This document shows, one piece after another, positions 1 to 9,974 of a DNA stretch of 64,000 nt. The notes beneath the pieces are model-generated. The model was not told the origin of the DNA. It saw only the letters and a program-made list of their open reading frames with translations, and did not search any database. Location of the stretch: NCBI GenBank assembly GCA_038998335.1, contig JAVZHQ010000001.1, positions 480,001-544,000 of the forward strand. Reading direction: 5' to 3'. Position 1 is the first letter of the stretch, and each line of letters begins with the position of its first letter. The DNA is from Candidatus Aenigmatarchaeota archaeon (GTDB lineage: Archaea > Aenigmatarchaeota > Aenigmatarchaeia > CG10238-14 > SCSR01). The position numbers were made by a program, and so were the translations under genes.

Positions 1-2
1 GG

Positions 3-2408
3 TTAAAAACATTACATCAATTTATATCAGGACCAATTTTAGAATCTTTGAAGAGAATTTTAGAGACAGATAGCAAATTTAGGAAAATTTATTCAGAATG
101 GCTTGACAAACAAGGATTTTCTTATAATGAAGAAACTCATAATAAAATTGCTGTAGAAGCTGCTTATTTGCTAATAAACAAGATTCTATTTTACAAAATT
201 CTCGAAACAAAGTATAAGGATTTACCAAGATTATCAAAAATTTCTCTTTTAGCTAAGGATACATCAAAATTAAAAGATAAATTAGAAGAGTGTTTTAACA
301 AAGCATTAAAAATTGACTACAAAGCAGTTTTTCAGCCAGGAATATATGACGAAATACCATTACCACAACAAATTATAGAAACACTGAATGAGTTTTTAGA
401 AGAAGTTTCTACTTATGATTTAGATAAAATCCCAAGCGATATTATAGGAAGAATTTATGAAGGACTTATACCAAAGGAAGAAAGACATAAATTAGGGCAA
501 TATTACACCCCTCCACCTATATGCGAGTTAATAACTAAAATGTGTATAAATTCTCCGGATGCCTTTGTTTTAGACCCAGGATGTGGCAGTGGTGGATTTT
601 TAGTTAAATCGTATTACAGAATCTTGGAGCTAATGGGTAAAAAAGAAGCCGATGAAGAAACTCATCAAAAAATTCTTAATCAATTATGGGGAATTGATAT
701 AAACCAATTTGCGGCTCATCTTTCAGTTATTAATTTGAGTATGAGAAACATAAATGTCAAAAGTGATGTTGTAAACATTTTACCAATTGATTTTTTCAAA
801 GTATTTCATACACAAAGAACTTTAAAACCTTACAAAGGTCTTACACTAGAAGAGGCAAAAGGCATACATTCTTTACCTTTAACTTTTGATGCTATAGTGT
901 GTAACCCACCTTATACAAGACAAGAGCAGATTGGAGACAAAAAATATAAAGAATATATAAGAAAAGTTGCTTTAACATTTGACGGAAAGCAAATTAAGAT
1001 GAGTGCTAGAGCAGGAATTTATGCTTTATTTTTCACACATTCTACGCATTTCCTCAAAGAAAGAAGGATGATGGGGTATATAGTTTCGAATTCTTGGCTT
1101 GATGTAGAATTTGGTAGGGATTTACAAAAATTTTTCTTAGATAATTTCAAAATTCATTCAATCATCGAATTTGATAGAAGAGCGTTTGAGGAAGCAGCGA
1201 TAAACACAATAATAATAATATTGGAAAAATTAACTGGAAATGAGAATAAGGAAGAGAGAGATAATAACTTTGTAAAATTTGTTAGGATTAAGAAGCAACT
1301 TACAACAGATGAAATCAAAAGCCTAATAGAAAGAGCCAAAGAGGTGTGTGAAGACGAAACTGCTCGCGTAATTCTTAAAAAACAAGGGGATCTTTACCAA
1401 GAAGAAAAGTGGAGCAAATACTTAAGAGCACCTCCTATATTTTTCGAAATAATTAAGAACCCTAAAATTACAACTTTAAAAAATATAGCAAAAGTTACTG
1501 AAGCTATAAGATGCGGAGCTATACCATTTTTTATTTTATCAAAAGAGCGAGCAATGGAGTGGGGGATAGAAAAGAAATATTTAAAGCCAATTATTACAAG
1601 CCCCAGAAACATTAAAAACATAAAGTTAGAAGAGAATGAAGTAAAAGAATATATTTTTTTAGTTAATGAGCCAAAACAAAAATTAAAAGGTACTAATGCT
1701 TTGGAATATATAAAGTACGGCGAAAATGCTAAAATAAAAATAAAAAGAGGTTCTGAAGCAGGAAAAATAGTGATAGGTTATAATAACTTGCCGTCATTTA
1801 GAAATAAGAAAATTTGGTACAGTTTAGGTGAGAGAAAACCGGCACTCATATATTATCCTAAAACAATTTGGGAGAGGTCATTTGCAGTTTGGAACGTTAT
1901 AGATAGTTTTGCTACTGACAATTTCTGCGAAATACATACAAATAAAAAGGATATACTCGTATTATTAGGAATTTTGAATTCATCCCTAACTGCTTTCTTT
2001 ACAGAGCTTTATGGTAGAACAGCATTGGGAGAAGGGGCATTAGTAGTAAAGGTATACGAGATTGAAAACTTACCTGTTTTAAATCCTTCAAAATTATCAC
2101 AAAAAGAAAAAGAAAGAATTGAAAAAGCATTTATTAAACTCTGTGATGCACAGAAAAACTCTGAAAAGTTAGAGGAAGAAGCTAGAAAAGAGCTGGACGA
2201 TTCTATATTTGATACTTTAGGTTTAAACGAGAAAGAAAGGCAACAAATAATAGAAAGTCTTAACCAATTAAGAGAAATGAGAAAAAGAAGAAAAGAAGTT
2301 GAAATTTTAATCGAACACCCCGAAACTATAAAAGTAGAAAGACAGAAGAGAATAAAAGAATACAAAAAACCAGAAAAAGTTTCTCTTAAGAAATGGTTAG
2401 GTAGTTAA
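3..2408 (+). CDS. N6-adenine DNA methyltransferase, Type IIG/Eco57I-like restriction-modification protein (5'-truncated by window edge)
   Basis: Motifs GQYYTPP, VLDPGCGSGGFL (SAM binding), NPPY (catalytic) and a C-terminal TRD-like region. The frame is open from position 3, so the gene starts upstream of the window. Confidence 0.9.
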   Translation, partial: LKTLHQFISGPILESLKRILETDSKFRKIYSEWLDKQGFSYNEETHNKIAVEAAYLLINKILFYKILETKYKDLPRLSKISLLAKDTSKLKDKLEECFNKALKIDYKAVFQPGIYDEIPLPQQIIETLNEFLEEVSTYDLDKIPSDIIGRIYEGLIPKEERHKLGQYYTPPPICELITKMCINSPDAFVLDPGCGSGGFLVKSYYRILELMGKKEADEETHQKILNQLWGIDINQFAAHLSVINLSMRNINVKSDVVNILPIDFFKVFHTQRTLKPYKGLTLEEAKGIHSLPLTFDAIVCNPPYTRQEQIGDKKYKEYIRKVALTFDGKQIKMSARAGIYALFFTHSTHFLKERRMMGYIVSNSWLDVEFGRDLQKFFLDNFKIHSIIEFDRRAFEEAAINTIIIILEKLTGNENKEERDNNFVKFVRIKKQLTTDEIKSLIERAKEVCEDETARVILKKQGDLYQEEKWSKYLRAPPIFFEIIKNPKITTLKNIAKVTEAIRCGAIPFFILSKERAMEWGIEKKYLKPIITSPRNIKNIKLEENEVKEYIFLVNEPKQKLKGTNALEYIKYGENAKIKIKRGSEAGKIVIGYNNLPSFRNKKIWYSLGERKPALIYYPKTIWERSFAVWNVIDSFATDNFCEIHTNKKDILVLLGILNSSLTAFFTELYGRTALGEGALVVKVYEIENLPVLNPSKLSQKEKERIEKAFIKLCDAQKNSEKLEEEARKELDDSIFDTLGLNEKERQQIIESLNQLREMRKRRKEVEILIEHPETIKVERQKRIKEYKKPEKVSLKKWLGS

Positions 2409-2850
2409 GTATTCATCTTTTTAATTTCTTTCCTACTTTCTCTTGAATTTTCCATAAACATTGCATTCAGCTTAATAATCAAACATCAGAACTTTTGTTA
2501 TTGTCTTTTTCCGACAATGCTCTGAAGCTACTTTTCTTGATGCTAATAGCTCCAGGAATATACCACACTTGTATTTTTTTCTTTATCATAAAAAGAACAT
2601 AGCTTAATTCCACATACTTCCTCCTCTTCTAGATAAAAACTAGTCAGAAGAAAAAATTTAAAAGTTTGTTTACTCTTTCCTTATTAAGCTTGCAATCTTT
2701 TTTCTTCATCACTTCCCATATCCAAAATATAAAAAGAAGGAAGGTGTATGAAAAATGGTTAATGAAGCCAAGGTAGATTACGATGAAAAAACAACATTTT
2801 ATGGGTATATGCTCCAGTCCAAACAATTTCTACCTAAACTTTTTTATAAT

Positions 2851-3672
2851 TCAACTCAAATGCAACTCAACAACATCCTTATCCTTAAGCAAATAATTCA
2901 ACCCAACTTTCCTACCAGAAAATTCAGTTTCATCAAAAATTCTTGCAAACTTAAAACTTTTTAACCAATTTTTATTTATTCTTTCGATCAAATCTTTCAA
3001 GCTACTTCCTTTCTTCAAAACCAAAGCCTTTTCTTCTTTTGGCTTTCCAATTGGCTTAGTGAAAACCCTAACAATTTCAGCCTCTTCCAAAATTTTCTTT
3101 AGCAATTGCTTGTAATCCTTTCTTTCAATCGACCAAAAAATTTTCTTCTTTTCAATCTTATGCTCAGAAATAATCCTTTCCACTTTTGCTTTTTCTTCTT
3201 CACTATTAGCCAAAATTAAAAGCAAGTCAGCAGAATGAGCTATGCTTAAGTGCCTAGGCAAGAAAAAGGAGGGAATTTCCACAAGTTGAATTGCCACGCC
3301 TTCAAAAAAGCAAATTCCAGTTACAGGCTCTTTTGTAGTGTAAGGCTCTAAGCTAACTTCAGCCTTAGCATTAGTTAAAGCGTTAAGCAAGCTACTCTTG
3401 CCACTTTTTGTTAAGCCTAAGATTGCAACAAGCAAATCACCAGACTTTTTTATCGAAACTTGCTTCCTTCCAGGCTTCCTTGCTTTTTTCTCGAGCTGCT
3501 CTTCAAGCCTAGAAAGTTTTTTTCTTAAATCAGCCAAAAGGTTTTCTGTTCCTTTGTGCTTTGGTGTAACTGAAATTAACTTTTTCAAAAGCTCTATTTT
3601 CTTTTCCAAGTTTTTCTCTTCCAAGTATTCTTTTTGAACAGCAAACCATTCAGCTGGCAAGTTAGCAGGCAT
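2851..3672 (-). CDS. OBG/DRG-family GTP-binding protein with C-terminal TGS domain (shortened)
   Basis: N-terminus MPANLP...PKHKGTE typical of archaeal DRG paralogues, P-loop GLTKSGKS, YTT switch I, TGS-like end (VGLNYLLKDKDVVELH). Confidence 0.85.
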   Translation of the reverse strand: MPANLPAEWFAVQKEYLEEKNLEKKIELLKKLISVTPKHKGTENLLADLRKKLSRLEEQLEKKARKPGRKQVSIKKSGDLLVAILGLTKSGKSSLLNALTNAKAEVSLEPYTTKEPVTGICFFEGVAIQLVEIPSFFLPRHLSIAHSADLLLILANSEEEKAKVERIISEHKIEKKKIFWSIERKDYKQLLKKILEEAEIVRVFTKPIGKPKEEKALVLKKGSSLKDLIERINKNWLKSFKFARIFDETEFSGRKVGLNYLLKDKDVVELHLS

Positions 3673-3788
3673 AAGTTAAATTTATAAAAATAAATTTAAT
3701 TCTCTTCCTCTAAAAGCCATTCGCAAGACTTGCATTTTCTCTTTGAATTGCAAAACTAGCAAAAATTGCTGCACAATTCTTTTTCAAG

Positions 3789-4910
3789 TTAGCTTTTTCT
3801 AAAGTATAAAAGAAGCAAGAAAGAATAAACAAGGAAAATCAAGGCAGAAGAAATGAAGAGAAAAGAAAAACCAAGGAAAGAAATTAGAAAACCTGAAAAG
3901 ATTAGGCTTATGGTTCTTCCTGCATGAAAAGTTGTCATTAGCAATCCTATATCAGTGCCGTAAGCAAAATTGTTTGTAGTAACTCTTGAAAAAATTGCTT
4001 CTATCCCGCTTGTAATAATTCCGTTAGCTATGCCAAAAAGAATTAGAATTAAACCTGCCCAAAAATTTTTAAGGAAGCAAAGCAATAAAAGAAAAGCAGG
4101 GTAAAGAAATGCCCCGAAAATTATCGTTTTTCTGAAGCTAAGTTTTTTGGATAAATAATGGAGAGAAATTCCGGTAATAAAAACTTGAATTCCAAGAACA
4201 ATTCCAATACTTTCTATTTCGTAGCCGTTTTCTTTAAGGAAAAGAGGAAAAACATAATAAGCTGTTAGGCCAAGGGATAAACCAAGAACAAAAAATATTA
4301 CCAAAGCTTTCCTGAAAGTTTCAGTTTTTTTGGTTAAATTCAAAACCTCAAAAATTTCTTTTACATTAAGCTTTCTCTTCTTCTCTGGAATTTTTAGAGA
4401 AGTTGGAATCGAAAGAAAACTTACGAAAGTGCAGAAAATCAAAGCATTAGAGTAAAAAAGAAAAACTATAAGAAAACCTGCTAGCAAAGTGCCTAAGGCT
4501 TCTGAAATAAAGTCAAAGACTCTCATTTCTACCAAGCTTCTCCATTTTTCCTTGCTTTGCTCAAGGATAAAAGCCCTGTTAACAGCCCAGAGAGAAGCGC
4601 TGCTTGCTCCTTCTGCAATCTTTCCGAACAAAAATTCTAATGGAGAAAAAGCAAAGTAGTAAATCAAGTTGTAAAGAACTCTTAGAATCCCGTTTAAAAG
4701 GAAAAATATTCTTCTTCCTATAAAGTCTGAAAGAATTGCAAAGGCAAACCTTGTTAGTTGGAAAATTATTGGCAAGGCTGAATAAACTAAACCGATAGAA
4801 ATTATGTCTATTCCTCTTTCAAGCATTAGCAAAGGCAAAAGAACAGTAAGGATTCCACTAACAAAAGAGTCTACTCCTTGAATGAAAAAGGCTTTTTTGT
4901 TCTCGCTCAT
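3789..4910 (-). CDS. MFS transporter
   Basis: About 12 hydrophobic segments and motif A-like LSDFIGRR. Confidence 0.85.
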   Translation of the reverse strand: MSENKKAFFIQGVDSFVSGILTVLLPLLMLERGIDIISIGLVYSALPIIFQLTRFAFAILSDFIGRRIFFLLNGILRVLYNLIYYFAFSPLEFLFGKIAEGASSASLWAVNRAFILEQSKEKWRSLVEMRVFDFISEALGTLLAGFLIVFLFYSNALIFCTFVSFLSIPTSLKIPEKKRKLNVKEIFEVLNLTKKTETFRKALVIFFVLGLSLGLTAYYVFPLFLKENGYEIESIGIVLGIQVFITGISLHYLSKKLSFRKTIIFGAFLYPAFLLLLCFLKNFWAGLILILFGIANGIITSGIEAIFSRVTTNNFAYGTDIGLLMTTFHAGRTISLIFSGFLISFLGFSFLFISSALIFLVYSFLLLLYFRKS

Positions 4911-5359
4911 TCCTTGCCCTTTGGTCTTTTCATGCTTTCTATTCTTCTGTTTATCAGCTCGTAAACAGCTTCTGGGTTTTTTATTCCTTTCATTATTATA
5001 TCATCTTTAACTCCTTTCACTATTATATTGCCGTAATTGAAAATTCTTCCAACTATGCTTTTAACAACTCTAACGTCAGCAACGCTTTGGTAAGGGATTG
5101 AAATTCTTTTTTTAGTCAAGATTCCTTCTACTTTTATAACTTCCGCGTTTGTTATAAAATATTCTCTTATAGCTCTTTCTGCTTCTGGCTCAAGAATTAA
5201 AGCTAGAATGAGCAAAAGGAGAAAATAGTAAACTAAAAAACCAAAGGAAAAGTTAAGGTAAGGGATTAGCAAGAAAGTTAAGATTAAAACTAGAATTACA
5301 AGAAAATAGTTAAAAAGGAAGGAAATTCTGGAAGTTTTGTACTTGAGCTTTTCCTCCAT
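4907..5359 (-). CDS. Membrane protein with bacterial PH (bPH_2) domain
   Basis: Two TM helices then YFITN...GILTK...IPYQSV.DV......GRIFNYGNI pattern. Confidence 0.8.
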   Translation of the reverse strand: MEEKLKYKTSRISFLFNYFLVILVLILTFLLIPYLNFSFGFLVYYFLLLLILALILEPEAERAIREYFITNAEVIKVEGILTKKRISIPYQSVADVRVVKSIVGRIFNYGNIIVKGVKDDIIMKGIKNPEAVYELINRRIESMKRPKGKE

Positions 5360-5379
5360 AATTTATATTGTAGTTGTAA

Positions 5380-5937
5380 TTAGCTTAACTTTTTCATCAT
5401 CCAAATGTCGTCAACATACTTTCCTTTGTAAATAAAGATTTTTGGGATTCTTGCCACTTGCTTAAAACCAAATTTTTTGTAAAGTTTTATAGCAACTTTA
5501 TTGTTAGCCATAACCCCAAGTAAAAGGTACTTAAATCCTAATTTTTCCCCAAAGTTTATCAGAAGTGAAAGCAACCTTTTTCCTATTCCTAAATTTCTGT
5601 AGGACTTAAGAACTGCTAACCTTATTTCACCAACATGCGGGCTCCTTTCCCCATTCCCTATTTCAACGCTTCCATGAGCTACAATTTTGTTTTTGTACAA
5701 GCCTACAAGCCAGACTCCTTTTCCTTTTTTCATCAAGCTTAAAATGTTCTTTAAGTATTCTTTTTCTTCTTTTATAGTCTTTCTCTTTGCTGTTAGAATA
5801 AAAGTATCTTCTTTCACTAAAGCGTTAATGAAGTTAAGCAATTGAAGTAGATCAGAATTTTTTGGAGTGCGAAAAATTATTTTTTTACCATCTTTTGCTT
5901 TGAATTCTTCTATTAATTGACCTGGCTTAATTTTCAT
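5380..5937 (-). CDS. GNAT-family acetyltransferase
   Basis: Acetyl-CoA motif VLKSYRNLGIGKRL and N..AIKLYKKFGF. Confidence 0.9.
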   Translation of the reverse strand: MKIKPGQLIEEFKAKDGKKIIFRTPKNSDLLQLLNFINALVKEDTFILTAKRKTIKEEKEYLKNILSLMKKGKGVWLVGLYKNKIVAHGSVEIGNGERSPHVGEIRLAVLKSYRNLGIGKRLLSLLINFGEKLGFKYLLLGVMANNKVAIKLYKKFGFKQVARIPKIFIYKGKYVDDIWMMKKLS

Positions 5938-5967
5938 ATAATTAATTTAAACAACAAAATAATTTAT

Positions 5968-6312
5968 ATGGCAACAGTTGAAATTTCTCACGCTATCCTG
6001 CCAGAAAAGCTTGAGATTCAGGAAGAAGTTAAAAAATTTTTGGAAAAATTTGAAGAAAGATGGAAAATCTCTAGCTTCAAGCTTGATGTTAGAACTTACA
6101 GCCCAGGAGGAAGAAAGAAGTATTCATTTCATGCAAAAGTTGTTGCTAGCGATAAAGTTTTTATAGCAAAGGCAAGCTCCTGGGATATCCCTTCAACGTT
6201 AAGCATTCTTTTAAAAAAATTGGAAAGGGAAATAGGAAAAAAATTGAAGAAAGAAAGGCTGAAGAAAATTTCTACTGCAAGAAAAATTTTGATGAAATCA
6301 CTAGAGGCTTAA
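5968..6312 (+). CDS. Putative HPF/RaiA-like ribosome-associated (hibernation) protein
   Basis: Likely start is ATG 5968 (MATVEIS). Beta-alpha-beta-beta-beta-alpha pattern with KKYSFHAKV...FIAKASSWD...LKKLEREI and a basic tail resembles archaeal HPF-like domains. Confidence 0.55.
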   Translation: MATVEISHAILPEKLEIQEEVKKFLEKFEERWKISSFKLDVRTYSPGGRKKYSFHAKVVASDKVFIAKASSWDIPSTLSILLKKLEREIGKKLKKERLKKISTARKILMKSLEA

Positions 6313-7041
6313 TTCCTTAATTCTTCCGAAGTTTAAAGCTCCTGTCTCTTTATCTAAAGCTATAGCTGAAAGGTTTTCAAAATCAACATCTTCTCTTAAA
6401 ATTGGTGAAAGCAATTCCTCTTTTGAAATTGCGTTTATTTCAACCCCAGAAGCTAATGGAGAAAAAGCAGGCAAGCAAATGAAATTTTTTCCTTTTTTTG
6501 TTTTTCCATAAAGCAAGCAAGGAACTTTTATTCTATCAAAACCTTTCCTCAAAATTAAAGCAGGCTGTTCATGACCAATAATCAAAACTTCCATTTCTTT
6601 AGGAAAATCTATTTTTTTATGCCCATGAGCAAACAAAATTCCTTGGGAAAAGTAAAAAGGTTGGAAAACTTTTAGCTCAAGCTTGCTCGCTATGGTAAGC
6701 AAATAGTTGTCATGATTTCCTCTCACCAAAACTATTTCCTCAACTTTTTTTCTCAAGAAATTTACCAAATCCTTTACTTCCCTCCATTCTTGTTGTGAAG
6801 CTTCCCCAAACTCATGCTTTAGATCGCCATTTATTATTACCTTTTTAGCTTTTGTTTTCCTTAGAATTTCTTTCAAATCAGCTTTCATTTCTTTTAGCTG
6901 GAATTGAGGAACAAAGATTCCCTGCTCAGCCAAATAAAGCTCTTCTCCTAGTTGTAAATCAGAAATAGCTATAGCTTTAAGCTTTTCTAGATAAATTGCT
7001 TTAAACCCATTTACGGTGAAAATTCCTTCAAAAATTTCCAT
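6301..7041 (-). CDS. Metallophosphoesterase (Lhr-associated MPE/PdeM-like)
   Basis: ISDLQLG, NGDLKH, RGNHD, HGH, GHEQP, PAFS motifs. Located downstream of lhr. Confidence 0.9.
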   Translation of the reverse strand: MEIFEGIFTVNGFKAIYLEKLKAIAISDLQLGEELYLAEQGIFVPQFQLKEMKADLKEILRKTKAKKVIINGDLKHEFGEASQQEWREVKDLVNFLRKKVEEIVLVRGNHDNYLLTIASKLELKVFQPFYFSQGILFAHGHKKIDFPKEMEVLIIGHEQPALILRKGFDRIKVPCLLYGKTKKGKNFICLPAFSPLASGVEINAISKEELLSPILREDVDFENLSAIALDKETGALNFGRIKELSL

Positions 7042-7042
7042 C

Positions 7043-7210
7043 CTATCTTTCCTCTAAATAGATTACAGCATCTTTATGAATGTACTTAATTTTTCCTTTA
7101 GTTTCCAGAGCTATCCATTTATCAACCTCTTTCAAAATTCCTTCTAGAGGAATTGTTGTGTCGCCCATTGCTATTATTATCCTAACTTTTTTGCCAACTA
7201 GCTCTTTCAT
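7043..7210 (-). CDS. Small 55-aa Sm/Hfq-like fold protein (not in ORF track)
   Basis: Translation MKELVGKKVRIIIAMGDTTIPLEGILKEVDKWIALETKGKIKYIHKDAVIYLEER. ATGA overlap with the lhr stop, GGAG SD upstream, stop ends 1 nt before the MPE start codon. Confidence 0.7.
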   Translation of the reverse strand: MKELVGKKVRIIIAMGDTTIPLEGILKEVDKWIALETKGKIKYIHKDAVIYLEER

Positions 7211-9912
7211 TTTTCTCCTCCTGTTTCCCCAACCCTTTCCATAACTTTTTTGTGTAGCTCCAATAATAATTTTTTCCTGTCTTCCATTAAAACTACGTCG
7301 CTTTCACCAAGAGCTATTAGCGAATGAGAGAAAGGACTTGGAACATTACTTTCAGGTAAAAATTCATACTTCATTCTTCCTTTTTCCACTTGCTCCAAAA
7401 CCCATTTTGCATGCTCTAAATCCATAAAATCTTGCATTACTTCACGATAAGTTTCTTCCACAACAGGAAAATTTTCAAATTTCTCGCAAACTCTTAGCAA
7501 GCGATCAGCATTCATTTGTTGCCTAGCAACTTTTATCTCGTAACCTTTATAATTTCTCAGAATCATCAAGCTTCGAGTAGCACAATGCCTGAAACGCCTT
7601 TTTATCAGCTCTGTTTGTCTTAAAGCTTTTCTCAAAACTTCTTCAAGCTCAGAAGATTTCAACAGCTTAACTAACTCCTTAGGATCAATTCTTTCTTCCT
7701 CTCTTCTCTTTATTTTTGCTTTTAAAGTTATCAAATCGAGCCACTCGCTTCCTATGCTTTCTGAAGGAATTGAAATTACAAAACCATTATCGCTAACCGT
7801 TAAGCCTACAGATTTTTTAATCTTTTTTGTTAGCAAATAACCAAAAGCTCTTGATAAAGCGTCGTTTATTCTTCTTCCAAACAAAGTGTGAAAAATTATG
7901 TTTTGGTTTCCTTTTTCATCGATATAATTTTCGATTAAAATTGTTTTTTCGTCAGGTAAATTCTTTGCTCCTAGCGATTTAAGGAATTTATATTCCCAGA
8001 GAAAGTATTCATAAATTGAATTTGCACTCCACTCGTCAAGATAATAATTTTTTAATAGCCATTTTATTACTTCTTTCTTGCTTTTGTTTTTTACTAGCTT
8101 GAACATTTTCCCTCTAAACTCTTGAATTTTTAGAGCAAGCTCAAAGCTTAGAGGAAGCATTTCTGAAAACCAGGCAGGAACTGTAGGTCTTTTTTCTTTT
8201 ACTGGTTTAACAAAAGCAGTCACTTGCCTTGCTTTAATAAATTCATAAGTTTTTCCTGCTAAAACAAAAATATCTCCTGGCAAAAGCCTTTGCAGGAATT
8301 CTTCCTCTATCGAACCAATATATCTTCCGTCTAAACTTCTAACTTTTATTTTCACTTCATCTGGTATTGTTCCTATATTTAAAGAGTAAATTACCCTTGC
8401 ATATTTTCCTCTTCTCCCAAACATCATATCCTTAGGATCAAACCAGATTTTTGCATAAACTTTCTTATCTTCTAGAGTATGGTAAGCTCCTGACAAAAAT
8501 TCTAAAACAGAAACAAAATCCTCCCATTTTAAGTTTCTGTAGCAATAAGAGTTTCTTATAAGGTTAAAAGCTTCCTTTACATTCCATTTCTTTTCCAAAC
8601 TCATTCCCATCAAGTGCTGAGCTAAAACGTCAAGACAATTTTCTGGGATTTGGATTTTGTCTAAGAAGTAGCGATAAGCTTGCTGAATCATTACTGCACA
8701 TTCTACCAAATCATCCCTATCCATGCAAATTATTCTTCCTTTTGAAACTTCGTGCAAGCGATGGCCTGCCCTTCCTATTCTTTGAATGCATCTTGTAATG
8801 CTTTTTGGGCTTCCAAGCTGGCAAACTAAATCTATATAGCCTATATCTATCCCTAATTCAAGACTTGTGCTTGAAACCACAACTTTTAACTTTCCGTTCT
8901 TAAGTTTATCCTCTATTTCTAGCCTTATTTCACGAGAAACTGAGCTGTGATGGGCTCCTATTTGCTCGTCTGTATAGACTTCTGGGAACATTTGTTTTAA
9001 GTGATGCACGCATCTTTCAGTTCCGCTTCGCGTATTAGTGAAAACTAGGGTAGTGCGATGCTGTTGAATTAACTTATCTAAAAGCTTGTACATGCTATTT
9101 GTTATGGTTTCGGCTTGTGTGTAAACTAAGTCTTTTACTGGAGAAAGAAGTTTTATGTCTAAAGGTTTAACAAATCTTGCATCAATTATTTTACAATCTC
9201 TCTCTTTCCCGTTTTCATAACCAACTAAAAACTTTGCAACCTCTTTCAAAGGTTCGAGCGTGGCTCCCATACCTATTCTTACAAAAGGTTTTCCAACAAA
9301 ATTTTGAAGTCTTTCTAAACTTAAGCTTAAATGTACTCCACGCTTAGAATTAGCTAACTCATGAATCTCGTCAACTATAACCCATCTTACTTTTTTAAAT
9401 TTTTCTTTAAACTTTCTTGTCGACAAAACTATTGCTATGGTTTCAGGCGTAGTCACAAGAATGTGGGGCGGAAGCCTAAGCTGCTTTTGCTTTTCATGAG
9501 GTGAAACATCTCCTGTTCTCACTGCAATCCTAACTTCAGGTAATTCTATTCCCATTTCTTTTGCTATTTCTTTTATTTCTTTCAAAGGAATTATTAGGTT
9601 TTTGTATATGTCGTTATCTAAAGCTTTGAGCGGAGAAATGTAAACGCAATAAATAACATCTTCTAATTCCTTCTTTTCACCAAGGATAAAAAGCTCATCA
9701 ATTATTGCCAAAAAAGAGCTTAAAGTTTTGCCTATTCCTGTTGGAGCAGTAATCAAAACATTTTCTCCTTTTTTTATTAAAGGGATGGAAAACTTTTGTG
9801 GCAAGGTTAATTGCTTAAAATTTCTTTTAAACCATTCTCTAACATAAGGTCTAAGTAAAGCTAAAACTTTCTCATCTTTCGGCAATTTTTTTGTGTTAAC
9901 AAAGCCTATCAT
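7207..9912 (-). CDS. lhr: Lhr-family ATP-dependent SF2 helicase
   Basis: APTGIGKT, YISPLKAL, DEIH, SSTSLELGIDIG, QRIGRAGH, GTIPDE and W.SEMLPLS motifs. Probable start ATG 9912. Confidence 0.93.
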   Translation of the reverse strand: MIGFVNTKKLPKDEKVLALLRPYVREWFKRNFKQLTLPQKFSIPLIKKGENVLITAPTGIGKTLSSFLAIIDELFILGEKKELEDVIYCVYISPLKALDNDIYKNLIIPLKEIKEIAKEMGIELPEVRIAVRTGDVSPHEKQKQLRLPPHILVTTPETIAIVLSTRKFKEKFKKVRWVIVDEIHELANSKRGVHLSLSLERLQNFVGKPFVRIGMGATLEPLKEVAKFLVGYENGKERDCKIIDARFVKPLDIKLLSPVKDLVYTQAETITNSMYKLLDKLIQQHRTTLVFTNTRSGTERCVHHLKQMFPEVYTDEQIGAHHSSVSREIRLEIEDKLKNGKLKVVVSSTSLELGIDIGYIDLVCQLGSPKSITRCIQRIGRAGHRLHEVSKGRIICMDRDDLVECAVMIQQAYRYFLDKIQIPENCLDVLAQHLMGMSLEKKWNVKEAFNLIRNSYCYRNLKWEDFVSVLEFLSGAYHTLEDKKVYAKIWFDPKDMMFGRRGKYARVIYSLNIGTIPDEVKIKVRSLDGRYIGSIEEEFLQRLLPGDIFVLAGKTYEFIKARQVTAFVKPVKEKRPTVPAWFSEMLPLSFELALKIQEFRGKMFKLVKNKSKKEVIKWLLKNYYLDEWSANSIYEYFLWEYKFLKSLGAKNLPDEKTILIENYIDEKGNQNIIFHTLFGRRINDALSRAFGYLLTKKIKKSVGLTVSDNGFVISIPSESIGSEWLDLITLKAKIKRREEERIDPKELVKLLKSSELEEVLRKALRQTELIKRRFRHCATRSLMILRNYKGYEIKVARQQMNADRLLRVCEKFENFPVVEETYREVMQDFMDLEHAKWVLEQVEKGRMKYEFLPESNVPSPFSHSLIALGESDVVLMEDRKKLLLELHKKVMERVGETGGEK

Positions 9913-9974
9913 GGAAACGCGCATATTATATGAAAAAAAGAAAAGATAAAGTTTACTGTTTTCTTATAGTAATC

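Noticed and set aside
2409-2850. Short ORFs 2644-2826 and 2755-2964 and Cys-containing fragments after the R-M gene
   Set aside because: No recognisable motif and frames are broken by stops. Possibly decayed sequence but not assignable.
3697-3787. Minus-strand fragment LEKELCSNFC*FCNSKRKCKSCEWLLEEEN with an in-frame TAG (pyrrolysine or readthrough?)
   Set aside because: Too short, no start, and TAG is used as a normal stop elsewhere in the window. At most a pseudogene remnant.
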